A DNA stretch of 64,000 nt, taken from Hyphomicrobium sp. (GTDB lineage Bacteria > Pseudomonadota > Alphaproteobacteria > Rhizobiales > Hyphomicrobiaceae). The position numbers were made by a program, and so were the translations under genes. Location: positions 2,607-66,606 of the forward strand of contig JAEUME010000012.1 in the NCBI GenBank assembly GCA_016793445.1. Reading direction: 5' to 3'. Positions 7,085-16,350 of this stretch are shown here, one piece after another. Position 1 is the stretch's first letter. Each line of letters begins with the position of its first letter. The notes below the pieces were generated by a model. The model made no database searches. It saw only the letters and a program-made list of their open reading frames with translations, and was not told the DNA's origin.

Positions 7085-7759
7085 TCAGCCGCCTCGGCCA
7101 CCGACGATGCGCACCACCTCGCGGGGGTCGGCATCGGCAGGAAGACGGTAAAAGTCCGCGCTCACTTGCAGAGCGTTATCAAGGCGGGTCTGGAACGCAT
7201 CGCGATCCACCTCGATGGTCCCGAACTGTTTGAGGTGTTCCGTCACGAATTGGGTGTCGAGCAACCGGAAACCGCCATGGATGAGACGCGCCACCAGATG
7301 GACCAGGGCAATCTTGGAGGCATCGCGCTCGTAGGAGAACATGCTCTCGCCGAAGAAAGCGCCCTTCAGCGCCACACCGTAGAGCCCGCCGACGAGCCGG
7401 TTGTCCGACCAGACCTCGACCGTATGGCAAACGCCCATCTGGAAAAGCTCGCGATAGAGCGATCGGATGCGCTTGTTGATCCACGTGCTGGTGCGGCCCG
7501 GACGCGGAGCGGCGCAGCCGTCGATCACACTTTCATAATCGGTATCCACTTTTACGACGAACGGGGTCGTGCACACAGTCCTCAACAGCCGGCGGGGAAA
7601 ATGAGCACTATCGAGCGGAAGAATGCCCCGGTGTTGAGGCTCGATCCAGTACAACGCCGGATCGTTCGCACTCTCCGCCATCGGGAAGATGCCACAACTA
7701 TAAGCCTTGAGGAGAACCTGCGGTGTGATTTCCATCGCAGGTTCGTCGCGCGACGCCAT
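7085..7759 (-). CDS. aat: Leucyl/phenylalanyl-tRNA--protein transferase
   Basis: [31 protein letters not shown] and ASKIALVHL align with the Aat family. Confidence 0.85.
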   Translation of the reverse strand: MASRDEPAMEITPQVLLKAYSCGIFPMAESANDPALYWIEPQHRGILPLDSAHFPRRLLRTVCTTPFVVKVDTDYESVIDGCAAPRPGRTSTWINKRIRSLYRELFQMGVCHTVEVWSDNRLVGGLYGVALKGAFFGESMFSYERDASKIALVHLVARLIHGGFRLLDTQFVTEHLKQFGTIEVDRDAFQTRLDNALQVSADFYRLPADADPREVVRIVGGRGG

Positions 7760-7828
7760 CGACCGGCCTTAAGAAATGCAAAATCAGTAAGTCATTACAA
7801 GCCGCACGCATGGCGGCTTGCAAGCAAC

Positions 7829-9169
7829 TTATTTCATTCCCAGATGCTTTTCGAGCCAGTGGATGTCATAGAGCCCGTCAACGACGTCTGATTGCCTGAC
7901 GAGGTCCTGGAAGAGAGGGATCGTGGTTTCGATGCCATCGATCACGAACTCTGAAAGTGCGCGGCGCAAGCGCATCAGGCAATCGTTGCGGGTCTTGCCG
8001 TGGACGATCAACTTGCCGATGAGGCTGTCGTAATAGGGCGGAATGCGATAGCCCTGGTAGGCCCCGCTGTCGACGCGCACACCCAGTCCGCCCGGCGGAT
8101 GCCAGTAGCTGATCTGGCCGGGCGAGGGACGGAACGTCTTAGGGTTCTCCGCGCAGATCCGGCATTCGATCGCGTGTCCTGAAAACACGATGTCCGACTG
8201 TTTGAAGGACAGCGACGCGCCCGAGGCGACGCGGATCTGTTCCAGGACGAGGTCATAGCCTGTCACCATCTCGGTAACGGGGTGCTCCACCTGCAAGCGG
8301 GTGTTCATCTCGATGAAGTAGAACTGGCCGTCCTCGAACAGGAACTCAACGGTGCCTGCTCCGCGATACTTGATCTTGCGCATCGCGTCCGCGACCGTTT
8401 CGCCGATCTTGGCACGCTGAGCGGCATTGAGCGCGGGCGAGGGCGCTTCTTCGAGCACTTTCTGATGGCGCCGCTGAAGCGAGCAGTCGCGCTCGCCCAA
8501 GTGCACCGCGTCACCCTTGCCGTCGCCGAAAACCTGGATCTCGATATGGCGCGGCTTCTGGAGGTACTTCTCCATATAAACCGCATCGTCCTTGAACGCC
8601 GCCTTGGCCTCGGCGCGCGCCGTGGAAAGGGCAAGCCCGAGATCGGCCCGGGAGTGCGCCACTTTCATGCCCCGTCCACCGCCGCCAGCCGCCGCCTTGA
8701 TGAGCACGGGAAAGCCCATGCTATCGGCGATCTTCATCGCCTGCGCCTCGCTCGTCACCGCGCCGTCAGAGCCGGGCACGACGGGAATTCCAAGCTTTTT
8801 GGCGGTCTCCTTCGCCTCGATCTTGTCGCCCATGATGCGGATGTGTTCCGACGTCGGGCCGATGAAGGTGATCTTGTGCTCTTCGAGGATTTCCGCGAAG
8901 CGTGCGTTCTCCGACAGGAAGCCATAACCCGGGTGCACCGCGTCCGCTCCGGTGATTTCGCAGGCTGTTACAAGGGCAGGGATATTGAGATAGCTTTCGC
9001 TTGCCGCCGGCGGCCCAATGCACACGCTTTCGTCGGCAAGGCGCACGTGCATGGCATCCGCGTCGGCGGTGGAGTGCACTGCAACGGTGGCGATGCCGAG
9101 TTCCTTGCACGCGCGCTGGATGCGTAGCGCAATCTCTCCACGGTTGGCGATCAGTACCTTGTCAAACAT
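7829..9169 (-). CDS. accC: Acetyl-CoA carboxylase, biotin carboxylase subunit
   Basis: The N-terminus MFDKVLIANRGEIALRI, the ATP-grasp motifs, and the position after accB all fit. Confidence 0.95.
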   Translation of the reverse strand: MFDKVLIANRGEIALRIQRACKELGIATVAVHSTADADAMHVRLADESVCIGPPAASESYLNIPALVTACEITGADAVHPGYGFLSENARFAEILEEHKITFIGPTSEHIRIMGDKIEAKETAKKLGIPVVPGSDGAVTSEAQAMKIADSMGFPVLIKAAAGGGGRGMKVAHSRADLGLALSTARAEAKAAFKDDAVYMEKYLQKPRHIEIQVFGDGKGDAVHLGERDCSLQRRHQKVLEEAPSPALNAAQRAKIGETVADAMRKIKYRGAGTVEFLFEDGQFYFIEMNTRLQVEHPVTEMVTGYDLVLEQIRVASGASLSFKQSDIVFSGHAIECRICAENPKTFRPSPGQISYWHPPGGLGVRVDSGAYQGYRIPPYYDSLIGKLIVHGKTRNDCLMRLRRALSEFVIDGIETTIPLFQDLVRQSDVVDGLYDIHWLEKHLGMK

Positions 9170-9233
9170 CTGCGGGCGGCTTTCTCGGTCACTTTCTTGA
9201 TCGTCGTCGCGTTTGGGGCAGCTCTTAGTGGTG

Positions 9234-9725
9234 CTACTCGATGATGATGAGCGGCTCGCCGTACTCCACCGGCTGAGCGTTCTCGAACAGGATGGCGGTG
9301 ACGGTACCCGAGCGGGGCGCAGGAATCTGGTTCATCGTCTTCATCGCTTCGATGATGAGGAGCGTGTCGCCCTGCGAGACCTTGGAGCCAACCTCGCAGA
9401 ATGACGCGGCGCCAGGCTCAGGCGAGCGATACGCCGTGCCAACCATCGGCGATTTGACGGCGCCGGGATGCTTGCTGGGATCGGCGGCGCCGGAAGCCAC
9501 AGCTACGGGGGCTTGGGAAGCGAGCGTGGCCATAGCGGGCGCCGCCGGAATGGGTCCGGCCAACGGCACGGAAGCGGCGAGGTGAATCTTGCGCGCCACG
9601 CGGACCTTCAGCCCGCTCTTTTCCATCTCAATCTCGGTGAGCCCGGTTTCGTTCAGCAGCTCGGCAAGCTCGCGGATCAGCTGCCCCTCGGCGCTTGGCT
9701 TTGCACCCTGATCTTTGCCCGTCAT
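9234..9725 (-). CDS. accB: Biotin carboxyl carrier protein of acetyl-CoA carboxylase
   Basis: The EAMKTMNQI biotinylation motif and an Ala/Pro-rich linker are present. The gene lies immediately upstream of accC. Confidence 0.9.
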   Translation of the reverse strand: MTGKDQGAKPSAEGQLIRELAELLNETGLTEIEMEKSGLKVRVARKIHLAASVPLAGPIPAAPAMATLASQAPVAVASGAADPSKHPGAVKSPMVGTAYRSPEPGAASFCEVGSKVSQGDTLLIIEAMKTMNQIPAPRSGTVTAILFENAQPVEYGEPLIIIE

Positions 9726-9797
9726 TGCCTCAGTCTTCCTTCTTCCTGTCGTCTGTGTTTCGCGAGTGCGCGCGGGCCCCCTCGCAATCCCGGGAAG

Positions 9798-10250
9798 TCA
9801 AGCCTTGGTCCGGCGTTTCACGAGATCTGCCATGGCCTCCAGCGCAAGTTCGTAACCCTTCGCACCCAGTCCACAAATGACGCCGGCCGCCGCCAGGGAC
9901 ACAAAGGAATGCTGGCGGAATTCGTCGCGGCGGAAGATGTTGGACAGATGCACTTCAACAACCGGCAACTCGGCGGCCTGCAGCGCGTCGAGGATGGCGA
10001 TCGAGGTATGTGTATAGGCGCCCGCATTCACGATGATGCCCTGCGCCTTGGTCCTGGCCTCCTGAATCCAGCCCACCAGTTCGCCTTCAAGGTTCGACTG
10101 ACGGAAATCAACCGGCAGACCGAGCGCTTTGGCCCGTGTCACGCACCGCGCCCTGACGTCATCCAGCGTCTCGCTGCCGTAAACGGCGGGCTCGCGGGTC
10201 CCCAGCATGTTCAGGTTCGGGCCGTTGAGTACGAAGATCGGTTTCGCCAT
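9798..10250 (-). CDS. aroQ: Type II 3-dehydroquinate dehydratase
   Basis: MAKPIFVLNGPNLNMLGTREP..YG and HLSNI motifs are present. The start is trimmed to the ATG at 10250, because the track ORF's N-terminal extension is non-homologous. Confidence 0.9.
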   Translation of the reverse strand: MAKPIFVLNGPNLNMLGTREPAVYGSETLDDVRARCVTRAKALGLPVDFRQSNLEGELVGWIQEARTKAQGIIVNAGAYTHTSIAILDALQAAELPVVEVHLSNIFRRDEFRQHSFVSLAAAGVICGLGAKGYELALEAMADLVKRRTKA

Positions 10251-10480
10251 GTTTGGAGGGCAGCTTCGGTTGAAAGCAATGAGGAGACGTCGTGGTTTGA
10301 CGTGGTAAGGACTTGTGCGCCCGCAAATCTTGAGCGGGTTCAACGCCTCAAGGGGTCTACCAGCTTTCCGGAGACCGGGAAAGAGCGCCATCAGATAAGC
10401 ATGTTGAGGAGTTCTCACTCCTCAATAGTTTGAAATATATATATATTCTCAGCGTGAGCGCGAGGACGGCAGGCGGAGTG

Positions 10481-11344
10481 TCAGCAATACCCGCATCCCG
10501 ACTTGCGGAAATCGGCGACCAAGCCTTCCAGCTGGTTGTGGAGATCTTCCGGCGCGCCGGGGATCGACTTGTCGCCGACGAGGAAGTGGGGCGTGCCTGA
10601 AATGCCCATATTCTTCGCCAGAGACTTCATCTCGTCGATTTCTCCGGTCACCTCGTTGCTTTTCATGTCGGCTTTGAACTTGGCAATGTCGAGGCCGAGG
10701 TCCTCAGCGACCTTGAGGGCGGACGCCTCGTTGGCTTGCCCCTTGGTGGACATCATCGCCTGATGGAACTCCCAATACTTGCCCTGGCGCTTGGCGGCGA
10801 GCGCCGCGTGCGCGGCCTCGTCTGAGCCCTTCGACAGGATGGGCAGTTCCTTGAAGACAACACGGACACGATTGTCGTTCGCGATCAGCTTTTGGATTTC
10901 AGGCATGCCACGCTTGCAGTAGCCGCAGTTGTAATCAAAGAATTCAACCACGGTGATGTCGCCATCCGGGTTGCCTGCCACGGAGGCGTTCGCGCCCCGA
11001 TAGATGGACTTGGCGTGATCGGCCATGAAGGCCTTGAGTTTCTCTGCCTGCTCCTTCTCCATCTTGGCTTCGAGCGCCGACTGAACCTCGATGATGAGCT
11101 CGGGGTTCTTGAGCAGGTAGTCTTTGACGACGGCGCCAATGGCGGCTTTCTGCTCCTCGTTAAAGGGCTCGGCGGCGCGCGCCGGTGCCACAAACTTGGC
11201 GGGCATGACCGAAAGGATGGCGGCCATGCCGAGCATGGCGGCACCGGCTGCAATTCCAAGCGCGCCCCAACCGCGTTTCATCGCGGCGGGGTTTGCATGT
11301 TCGGTCGTGTCGTTCGATGGCGTGTCGTTTGAGGACATGGGCAT
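10481..11344 (-). CDS. DsbA-family thiol:disulfide oxidoreductase (periplasmic)
   Basis: The FFDYNCGYCKRG active site and an N-terminal membrane anchor or signal are present. The start (11344 or 11338) was chosen downstream of the preceding gene's stop. Confidence 0.8.
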   Translation of the reverse strand: MPMSSNDTPSNDTTEHANPAAMKRGWGALGIAAGAAMLGMAAILSVMPAKFVAPARAAEPFNEEQKAAIGAVVKDYLLKNPELIIEVQSALEAKMEKEQAEKLKAFMADHAKSIYRGANASVAGNPDGDITVVEFFDYNCGYCKRGMPEIQKLIANDNRVRVVFKELPILSKGSDEAAHAALAAKRQGKYWEFHQAMMSTKGQANEASALKVAEDLGLDIAKFKADMKSNEVTGEIDEMKSLAKNMGISGTPHFLVGDKSIPGAPEDLHNQLEGLVADFRKSGCGYC

Positions 11345-11379
11345 TGCGATCCGTTGCAAGAGGTGGTGTCGGCGGCCTG

Positions 11380-12789
11380 TCAGTCCAGATCCGGCGGCTG
11401 ATAGTTGATGATGTCGTCGTTCTTTATCCATTCCGGTGAGCCAGCACGCAACTTACTTTGTGCTCGCTTTGCAAATATTTGGGATTGCTTCAGATTTCCT
11501 TCAAGGAAGTAGGCTTGCGCGGTCATCGCGTCGGCTTCCGGGCCTTTCCCCTGCTTGTAATAGGCGGCCGCGAGCATCCGGTAGGCCTGGGCATTCTGGT
11601 CGTCGATCAATGCCTTGCGGAGCAGCGTAATACTTTCGTTAAGCGTCGCAGGATCGTCCGACTGTTGCAGCGCAATCGCGAGTTGCACACGAATGAGAGG
11701 GCTCTCGGGTGCAAGCTTCAAAGCCTGACGCATGAACGGGATGGCCTGTTGCATCTTGCCGGAGCGCATCAGCAGGTCGCCTTTCACCTCGTAAAAGTAA
11801 GCGTTCTGAGGCTGCTCGCGGATGAGGGCATCCATCTGGGTCAGAGCGGCTTCGAGTGCTCCGCTGCCTCCTTGGAAGAATGTTGCTATGGCCCGCGCAT
11901 ACCGCGCCGGCAGGGTGGTGTCCTTCGCCGGATAGCGGTTAAACACGAGCGACGGGCGCTCAAGGTAGCCCGATAACTTGGCGCGCATCAGATCGTGGCG
12001 CAGCTGAAGCGCGGGCGGATCTTTCGCTTTCACGTAGGGGCTCGAGTCAACCAGATTGCGCAGCCGCGCCAGGCGGTCTGTTGCGACAGGATGGCTTCGC
12101 ACGAAGGGGTCTTTGTACTGATCCGACACGTATTCCTGCTGCTGGAACCGCTCGAAGGTGGTGAGCATGCCTTCGCCGGATTGCTTGGTGGCGTTGAGGT
12201 ACTGCAATCCTGCCTGGTCGGCGGCGCTTTCCTGCGAGCGGCGCTCGGACAGGATGCCGCGCATGATGACCTGGTTGCCGCCCTGCAAAACGGCTTGTCC
12301 GCCGCCCATTACCTCGCGGCCACTGTCACCGCCAGCAACACCGCCGGCCACCATCGCGCCGATGCCGATGATTTGCGTCAGCAGCGCGCGTGTTTGATCC
12401 TTGGCGATGCGCGCGCGCAGTGCCGCCATGTGGCCGCCTGCGATATGGCCCGTCTCGTGTGCCAGGACGCCGATCACTTCATTGGGCGTATTCGCCTGCA
12501 TGAGCGTGCCGGTGTGAACGAAAACGTTGCGGCCATCGAGCACGAAAGCGTTGAAAACATCGTTCTTGACGATGCGCACTTGAACCCGCGCGCTGCCAAG
12601 CCCTGCAACCTTGAAAATCGGACGCGCGTAGTCGTTGAGCAGCTCCTCGATTTCGCTATCGCGAATAAGCGGAAGGTTCTGCGCCGCGGCACGTTGCGGT
12701 AACCATCCTGTCAGCAACACCCAGGCGCAAAGCGCGCCAGCCACGGCACGCTGCAGGGCTGCCATTCGAAAGATGCTATGAAACCGCAT
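11380..12789 (-). CDS. M48-family Zn metalloprotease with C-terminal TPR repeats
   Basis: HETGHIAGGH (HExxH) is present, a signal peptide follows the ATG at 12789, and the C-terminal half is TPR-like. Confidence 0.8.
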   Translation of the reverse strand: MRFHSIFRMAALQRAVAGALCAWVLLTGWLPQRAAAQNLPLIRDSEIEELLNDYARPIFKVAGLGSARVQVRIVKNDVFNAFVLDGRNVFVHTGTLMQANTPNEVIGVLAHETGHIAGGHMAALRARIAKDQTRALLTQIIGIGAMVAGGVAGGDSGREVMGGGQAVLQGGNQVIMRGILSERRSQESAADQAGLQYLNATKQSGEGMLTTFERFQQQEYVSDQYKDPFVRSHPVATDRLARLRNLVDSSPYVKAKDPPALQLRHDLMRAKLSGYLERPSLVFNRYPAKDTTLPARYARAIATFFQGGSGALEAALTQMDALIREQPQNAYFYEVKGDLLMRSGKMQQAIPFMRQALKLAPESPLIRVQLAIALQQSDDPATLNESITLLRKALIDDQNAQAYRMLAAAYYKQGKGPEADAMTAQAYFLEGNLKQSQIFAKRAQSKLRAGSPEWIKNDDIINYQPPDLD

Positions 12790-13050
12790 CAAAGTCCCTT
12801 CTAAATCGTGACATTTGCGCCAAAAGCGGCCATCGCGCGCCATGAACGTGCCGTCACATGCCCGCGCGTCTAAAAGGGTAGGTTGCCGCACCCCATCGGT
12901 CAAATACTTGACCAGCCGAATGCCCCGGCATCCAAAGTCAGGTCCTTCAAGATCCCGGGGCGCGGGCCAACAAATGTCGCCAAATCATGGCCAGGATGTG
13001 AAATTGTCGATCATAAAGAGTCGATAGCCACCGTCGAGGACGCAACAGAC

Positions 13051-14229
13051 GTGACAGCAAAGATCATTTCCAGGCACGCTCAGGCGGTTGAGGCATCAAG
13101 GCGCAGCTCCATCGCCAGCTTCATGGTGATGGAGATCATGCGCGCCGCCGCCGATCGCGAGCGGGCAGGCGCCAGTATCGTTCATATGGAGGTGGGGCAA
13201 CCTGGAACCCCCGCGCCGGGCGCCGCGCGTGAGGCGGTCTTGACGGCAATTGCGCAAAGCACGCTGGGTTACACGCTCGCCTTGGGTCTGCCGTTGCTGC
13301 GCGAGAGAATCGCGCAGCTCTACCATCACTGGTACGGCGTGACGATCGCGCCCGAGCGCGTCGTCGTCACGACGGGCTCTTCTGGCGCATTCGTGCTGGC
13401 GTTTCTTACGTTGTTCGATGCGGGGGCACGCGTTGGACTGACGTCGCCGGGCTATCCTTGCTACCGTCACATCCTCACGGCGCTCGATTGCGAGAAGGCC
13501 CTGATCGAGATCGGGCCTGAGACGGGCTGGATGCCGGACATCGCGCACATCGAGGCTGCGGGTCATTTGGATGGCCTGCTGCTGGCAAGCCCGGCAAATC
13601 CCACGGGTACGATGCTGACACCCGAACGGCTTTCGGACATCACCCGCTGGTGCGCCGAGCGCGGCGTCGCATTCATCTCCGATGAGATCTACCATGGCTT
13701 GACGTACGGGGCGCCCGCGGCAACGGCGCTGCAGTTTTGCGATGACGCCTTCGTCATCAACAGTTTCTCCAAATACTTCTCGATGACCGGCTGGCGCGTT
13801 GGCTGGATGGTGGTGCCGGAGCGTTTCGTGCGCGTGGTCGAACGCATTGCGCAGAACCTGTTCATCGCTCCTCCCGCGGTTTCACAGATTGCAGCCATCG
13901 GTGCCTTCGACGGCATGGACGAACTCGAGCGGAATCGCGCGGTCTATGCCGCCAATCGCGCATTGCTGCTGAATGAGCTGCCAAAGGCCGGGTTCGAAGT
14001 GTTTGCGCCCGCCGATGGTGCATTTTACCTGTATGCCGACGTCAGCGCGCTGACATCCGATAGCGCCGCTTTGGCGCGTCGCATTCTTGACGAAGCCGGC
14101 GTCGCCGTGACACCGGGACTGGATTTCGACGCAGAGCGCGGACACCGGTTCCTGCGCTTTTCCTACGCGGGCACCACGCAAGCCATCGCCGAAGCCGCGC
14201 GGCGCTTGAAGGCTTGGCGCGGCGCCTAG
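13051..14229 (+). CDS. Class I/II pyridoxal-phosphate-dependent aminotransferase
   Basis: The conserved SFSKYFSMTGWRVGW lysine motif is present, and the length is about 392 aa from the in-frame GTG at 13051. The start is uncertain; the track ORF begins at 12883. Confidence 0.75.
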   Translation: MTAKIISRHAQAVEASRRSSIASFMVMEIMRAAADRERAGASIVHMEVGQPGTPAPGAAREAVLTAIAQSTLGYTLALGLPLLRERIAQLYHHWYGVTIAPERVVVTTGSSGAFVLAFLTLFDAGARVGLTSPGYPCYRHILTALDCEKALIEIGPETGWMPDIAHIEAAGHLDGLLLASPANPTGTMLTPERLSDITRWCAERGVAFISDEIYHGLTYGAPAATALQFCDDAFVINSFSKYFSMTGWRVGWMVVPERFVRVVERIAQNLFIAPPAVSQIAAIGAFDGMDELERNRAVYAANRALLLNELPKAGFEVFAPADGAFYLYADVSALTSDSAALARRILDEAGVAVTPGLDFDAERGHRFLRFSYAGTTQAIAEAARRLKAWRGA

Positions 14230-14306
14230 TTCAAATTTCCGACCGTATGGTCGCGTGCTTTTTCCTCTCCCCCTTGTGGGGTGGAAGGGGTGGGGGGATC
14301 CCAATG

Positions 14307-14415
14307 GCTAGAGTGCTTCCGGAAAAGTGGGAACCGGTTTTCCGATAAGAAGCACGACAAAACAAAAGCCTAGAGCCGTTCCGCGATTCCTTCAAAAACG
14401 GAACGGCTCTAGCGT
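14307..14415. repeat. 109-bp structured dispersed repeat, copy 1
   Basis: It is identical to 42817..42925 at 106/109 positions. It contains the hairpins GCTTC-CGGAAAA..TTTTCCG..GAAGC and CTAGAGCCGTTCCG..CGGAACGGCTCTAG (14-bp perfect stem). Confidence 0.85.
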
Positions 14416-14467
14416 TCAGGAATCTCCCCACAAGGTGGGAGGAACAAGCGCAGATCTTGCACTGCCA

Positions 14468-14719
14468 CTAGAGCGCTCCACGGAATTCGATGCCGTGTCG
14501 CGTGAAAAGAGACTCGTCGTCCCGAATGGAGCTAGCGCTTCGCCCGACACGGCCCAGCCCGACAAGTTCGTACTCATTGTTGGTGCCCACGGACTGAACG
14601 GGCCGTTGCGTTGCCAATCGATGTTCCGACGCCACCGAGACCAACAATGCCCGCGCTATCGCCCCGATTGTAAGAGTCCATGGCCAAGATGGCGCGGAAC
14701 AGGTCATCGCTGATTGTCA
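14468..14719 (-). pseudogene. Frameshifted, truncated 5' remnant of a secreted-hydrolase-like gene (possibly class-3 lipase-like)
   Basis: The ATG at 14719 opens MTISDDLFRAILAMDSYNRGDSAGIVGLGGVGTSIGNATA, which stops after 48 codons. The reading continues in another frame (track ORF 14468..14707) and ends at the repeat. The family assignment is from memory of the DSYNRGY N-termini. Confidence 0.35.
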
Positions 14720-14729
14720 TAGGAAGTCC

Positions 14730-15515
14730 CTACCATTTAAATGCGCCGCCGCCGAGATTACTCTTAAGGTCGTTGGTTGCTGGAAATCGCGTGCCGTCTA
14801 TAGCTCCGCCGTCGCGAATCACTTTCGGCAACCATTCCAATTGTTTTTCGATGCCCGACGTTATGGGATCCCGAGTGATTTCAATCGTCGCCTTATTCAG
14901 CTTCACGCCCGGTCCAAAACTTGCCGCCAGATTCGCGGGATCGATTCGCTCGACCGTCTTAGGATCGTTGATATCGCGAAAGCGAACCATGAACGGCAGC
15001 AGGTTCTGCGGAATATCGGCTTGACCGCTTGCGCGTCCCAACACGCGCACGGCTTCGGCCCCACGCCAGTCTTTGTCCTCTTTCAGTCCGAACAGTTTTT
15101 CCAGGATAAACGGCGTGACGGGGTCGGCCTCCGGATAGTTTCCACCTCCGCCGTTTAGCAAGGCAAAGAGCGTTCCGCGTTCCCCGAGATCGACAGCGAC
15201 GGCTTCACCGCGAACGTGCCGGCGAAATTTTGGTCCCGACGTGTTGCACAGCGGGCAGGGCTCAAGGCTGAAGACCACCTCGTGCACCGATGATCCAGTC
15301 TTCAGGCCTTCTGGTGTCTCGACGTCGATTGTTATTTTCGCGCGGAGCGTCGACGAAGGATAGAAAATCGTCCAGGCTAAGTAAGGAACGCCAACCATCA
15401 TAGCGATCAGGATCGCGAGCCTTGTAGGGCCTCCTCGACCGCGCGTGACCCGCCAAACCGCATATCCGATCCCGAAATAGGCGATCAATATGAGTGCGAG
15501 GATCAGCAGAATCAT
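14730..15515 (-). CDS. Hypothetical membrane-anchored protein (261 aa)
   Basis: Two N-terminal hydrophobic helices are followed by a soluble domain. No motif was recognised. Confidence 0.6.
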   Translation of the reverse strand: MILLILALILIAYFGIGYAVWRVTRGRGGPTRLAILIAMMVGVPYLAWTIFYPSSTLRAKITIDVETPEGLKTGSSVHEVVFSLEPCPLCNTSGPKFRRHVRGEAVAVDLGERGTLFALLNGGGGNYPEADPVTPFILEKLFGLKEDKDWRGAEAVRVLGRASGQADIPQNLLPFMVRFRDINDPKTVERIDPANLAASFGPGVKLNKATIEITRDPITSGIEKQLEWLPKVIRDGGAIDGTRFPATNDLKSNLGGGAFKW

Positions 15516-15714
15516 CGTGCCGCTCCTGGCTCTGCCCGGGCCGCCAACTCGCGCACCATTTCGATGCGCGGCGCGCGTTGCGCGTCAGCCTCACACGACG
15601 CGACTGGGTGAAAGACGCGGCAGCCGAAGTGGAGACCCGCGTAAGGGGCGGCGATTCTCGTCATGGATATCAACGATGCAGCATTTGTTTGCTTGTCATG
15701 AGGCCCATAAACAA

Positions 15715-16152
15715 TCACCTTCTTTTCTTTGCAGCTCGGTAAAGATTACCAACCATTAGTGCGAACATGCTTCCGCATGCGCTGATGAACCAAATCATCG
15801 CTGACGAGGCCACAGCGTTGCGCCAAGTACACAAATTTCCGGATATGACTTGTGTGTCTTCTCTTGGAACGGCAATGTCAAAAGGCGAAGATACTGTACA
15901 TTTCGGCTCTGGCACATATGGGGTCAGCCGGTAGCGAACCCAAAGCGCTGGAGCGTCGATAATGACTGGTCCATGCCGAATGTAACTTAAGAAGCAGGCA
16001 CAGCTTCTAACGGCTTCCGGTCGCAAAAGCCGTTCACGGTAAACCAGCGCAAAGACCGCAGGTACGGCCAGAATGCCTACGAACGCGGCAAAGACCATGG
16101 ATCGCCAGCCAATCAATCGTTTTGACGATTGAATTCCGCCGCCCTCAGCCAT
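15715..16152 (-). CDS. Hypothetical membrane protein (about 145 aa)
   Basis: An N-terminal TM (MVFAAFVGILAVPAVFALV) and a C-terminal TM (MIWFISACGSMFALMV) are present. The start is ATG 16152 or GTG 16161, and the first ~10 codons lie inside the duplicated leader. Confidence 0.5.
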   Translation of the reverse strand: MAEGGGIQSSKRLIGWRSMVFAAFVGILAVPAVFALVYRERLLRPEAVRSCACFLSYIRHGPVIIDAPALWVRYRLTPYVPEPKCTVSSPFDIAVPREDTQVISGNLCTWRNAVASSAMIWFISACGSMFALMVGNLYRAAKKRR

Positions 16153-16350
16153 TTCATCCACGCGTCCCCTGCAGCTTCTTGCTTGTTATCTTCGATCCGC
16201 TCTGCACCGCCCACAGGCGAGCACGCTAGCGATCGGCAACGCGTTGTCAACGCGGTGCATAAAAATTAGCGCCAGCGATGATTGATATGACAACGGAATA
16301 TCATCCGCGACTGCTCTTGCCCTCACGAGGATGGAAATGATTTCGCATCA
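16134..16350. repeat. Duplicated leader segment, copy A
   Basis: It aligns with 17610..17800, with one ~30-bp indel. The shared blocks are TTCCGCCGCCCTCAG, TCCCCTGCAGC, TAGCGCCAGCGATGATT, ACGGAATAT, CTGCTCTTGCCCTCACGA and TTCGCATCA. Confidence 0.75.

Noticed and set aside
7070-7891. 273-aa plus-strand ORF overlapping aat
   Set aside because: It is antisense to a gene with clear Aat motifs. Its composition is Arg/Ala/His-rich and typical of shadow frames in high-GC DNA.
8282-10433. Long plus-strand ORFs (8282..9127, 9468..10433 and smaller ones) across accC-accB-aroQ
   Set aside because: They are antisense shadows of three unmistakable housekeeping genes, with no motifs and an Arg/Gly/His bias.
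12883-13050. Upstream 56 codons of the aminotransferase ORF, and 21887..22000 of the amidase ORF
   Set aside because: These extensions have no homology-like signal. They overlap the divergent promoter regions, so the nearer in-frame GTG starts were preferred. Both starts remain uncertain.
14231-14431. 66-aa minus-strand ORF
   Set aside because: It runs entirely through the REP-like unit and the 109-bp dispersed repeat. The same reading frame is not preserved as a gene at the second copy.
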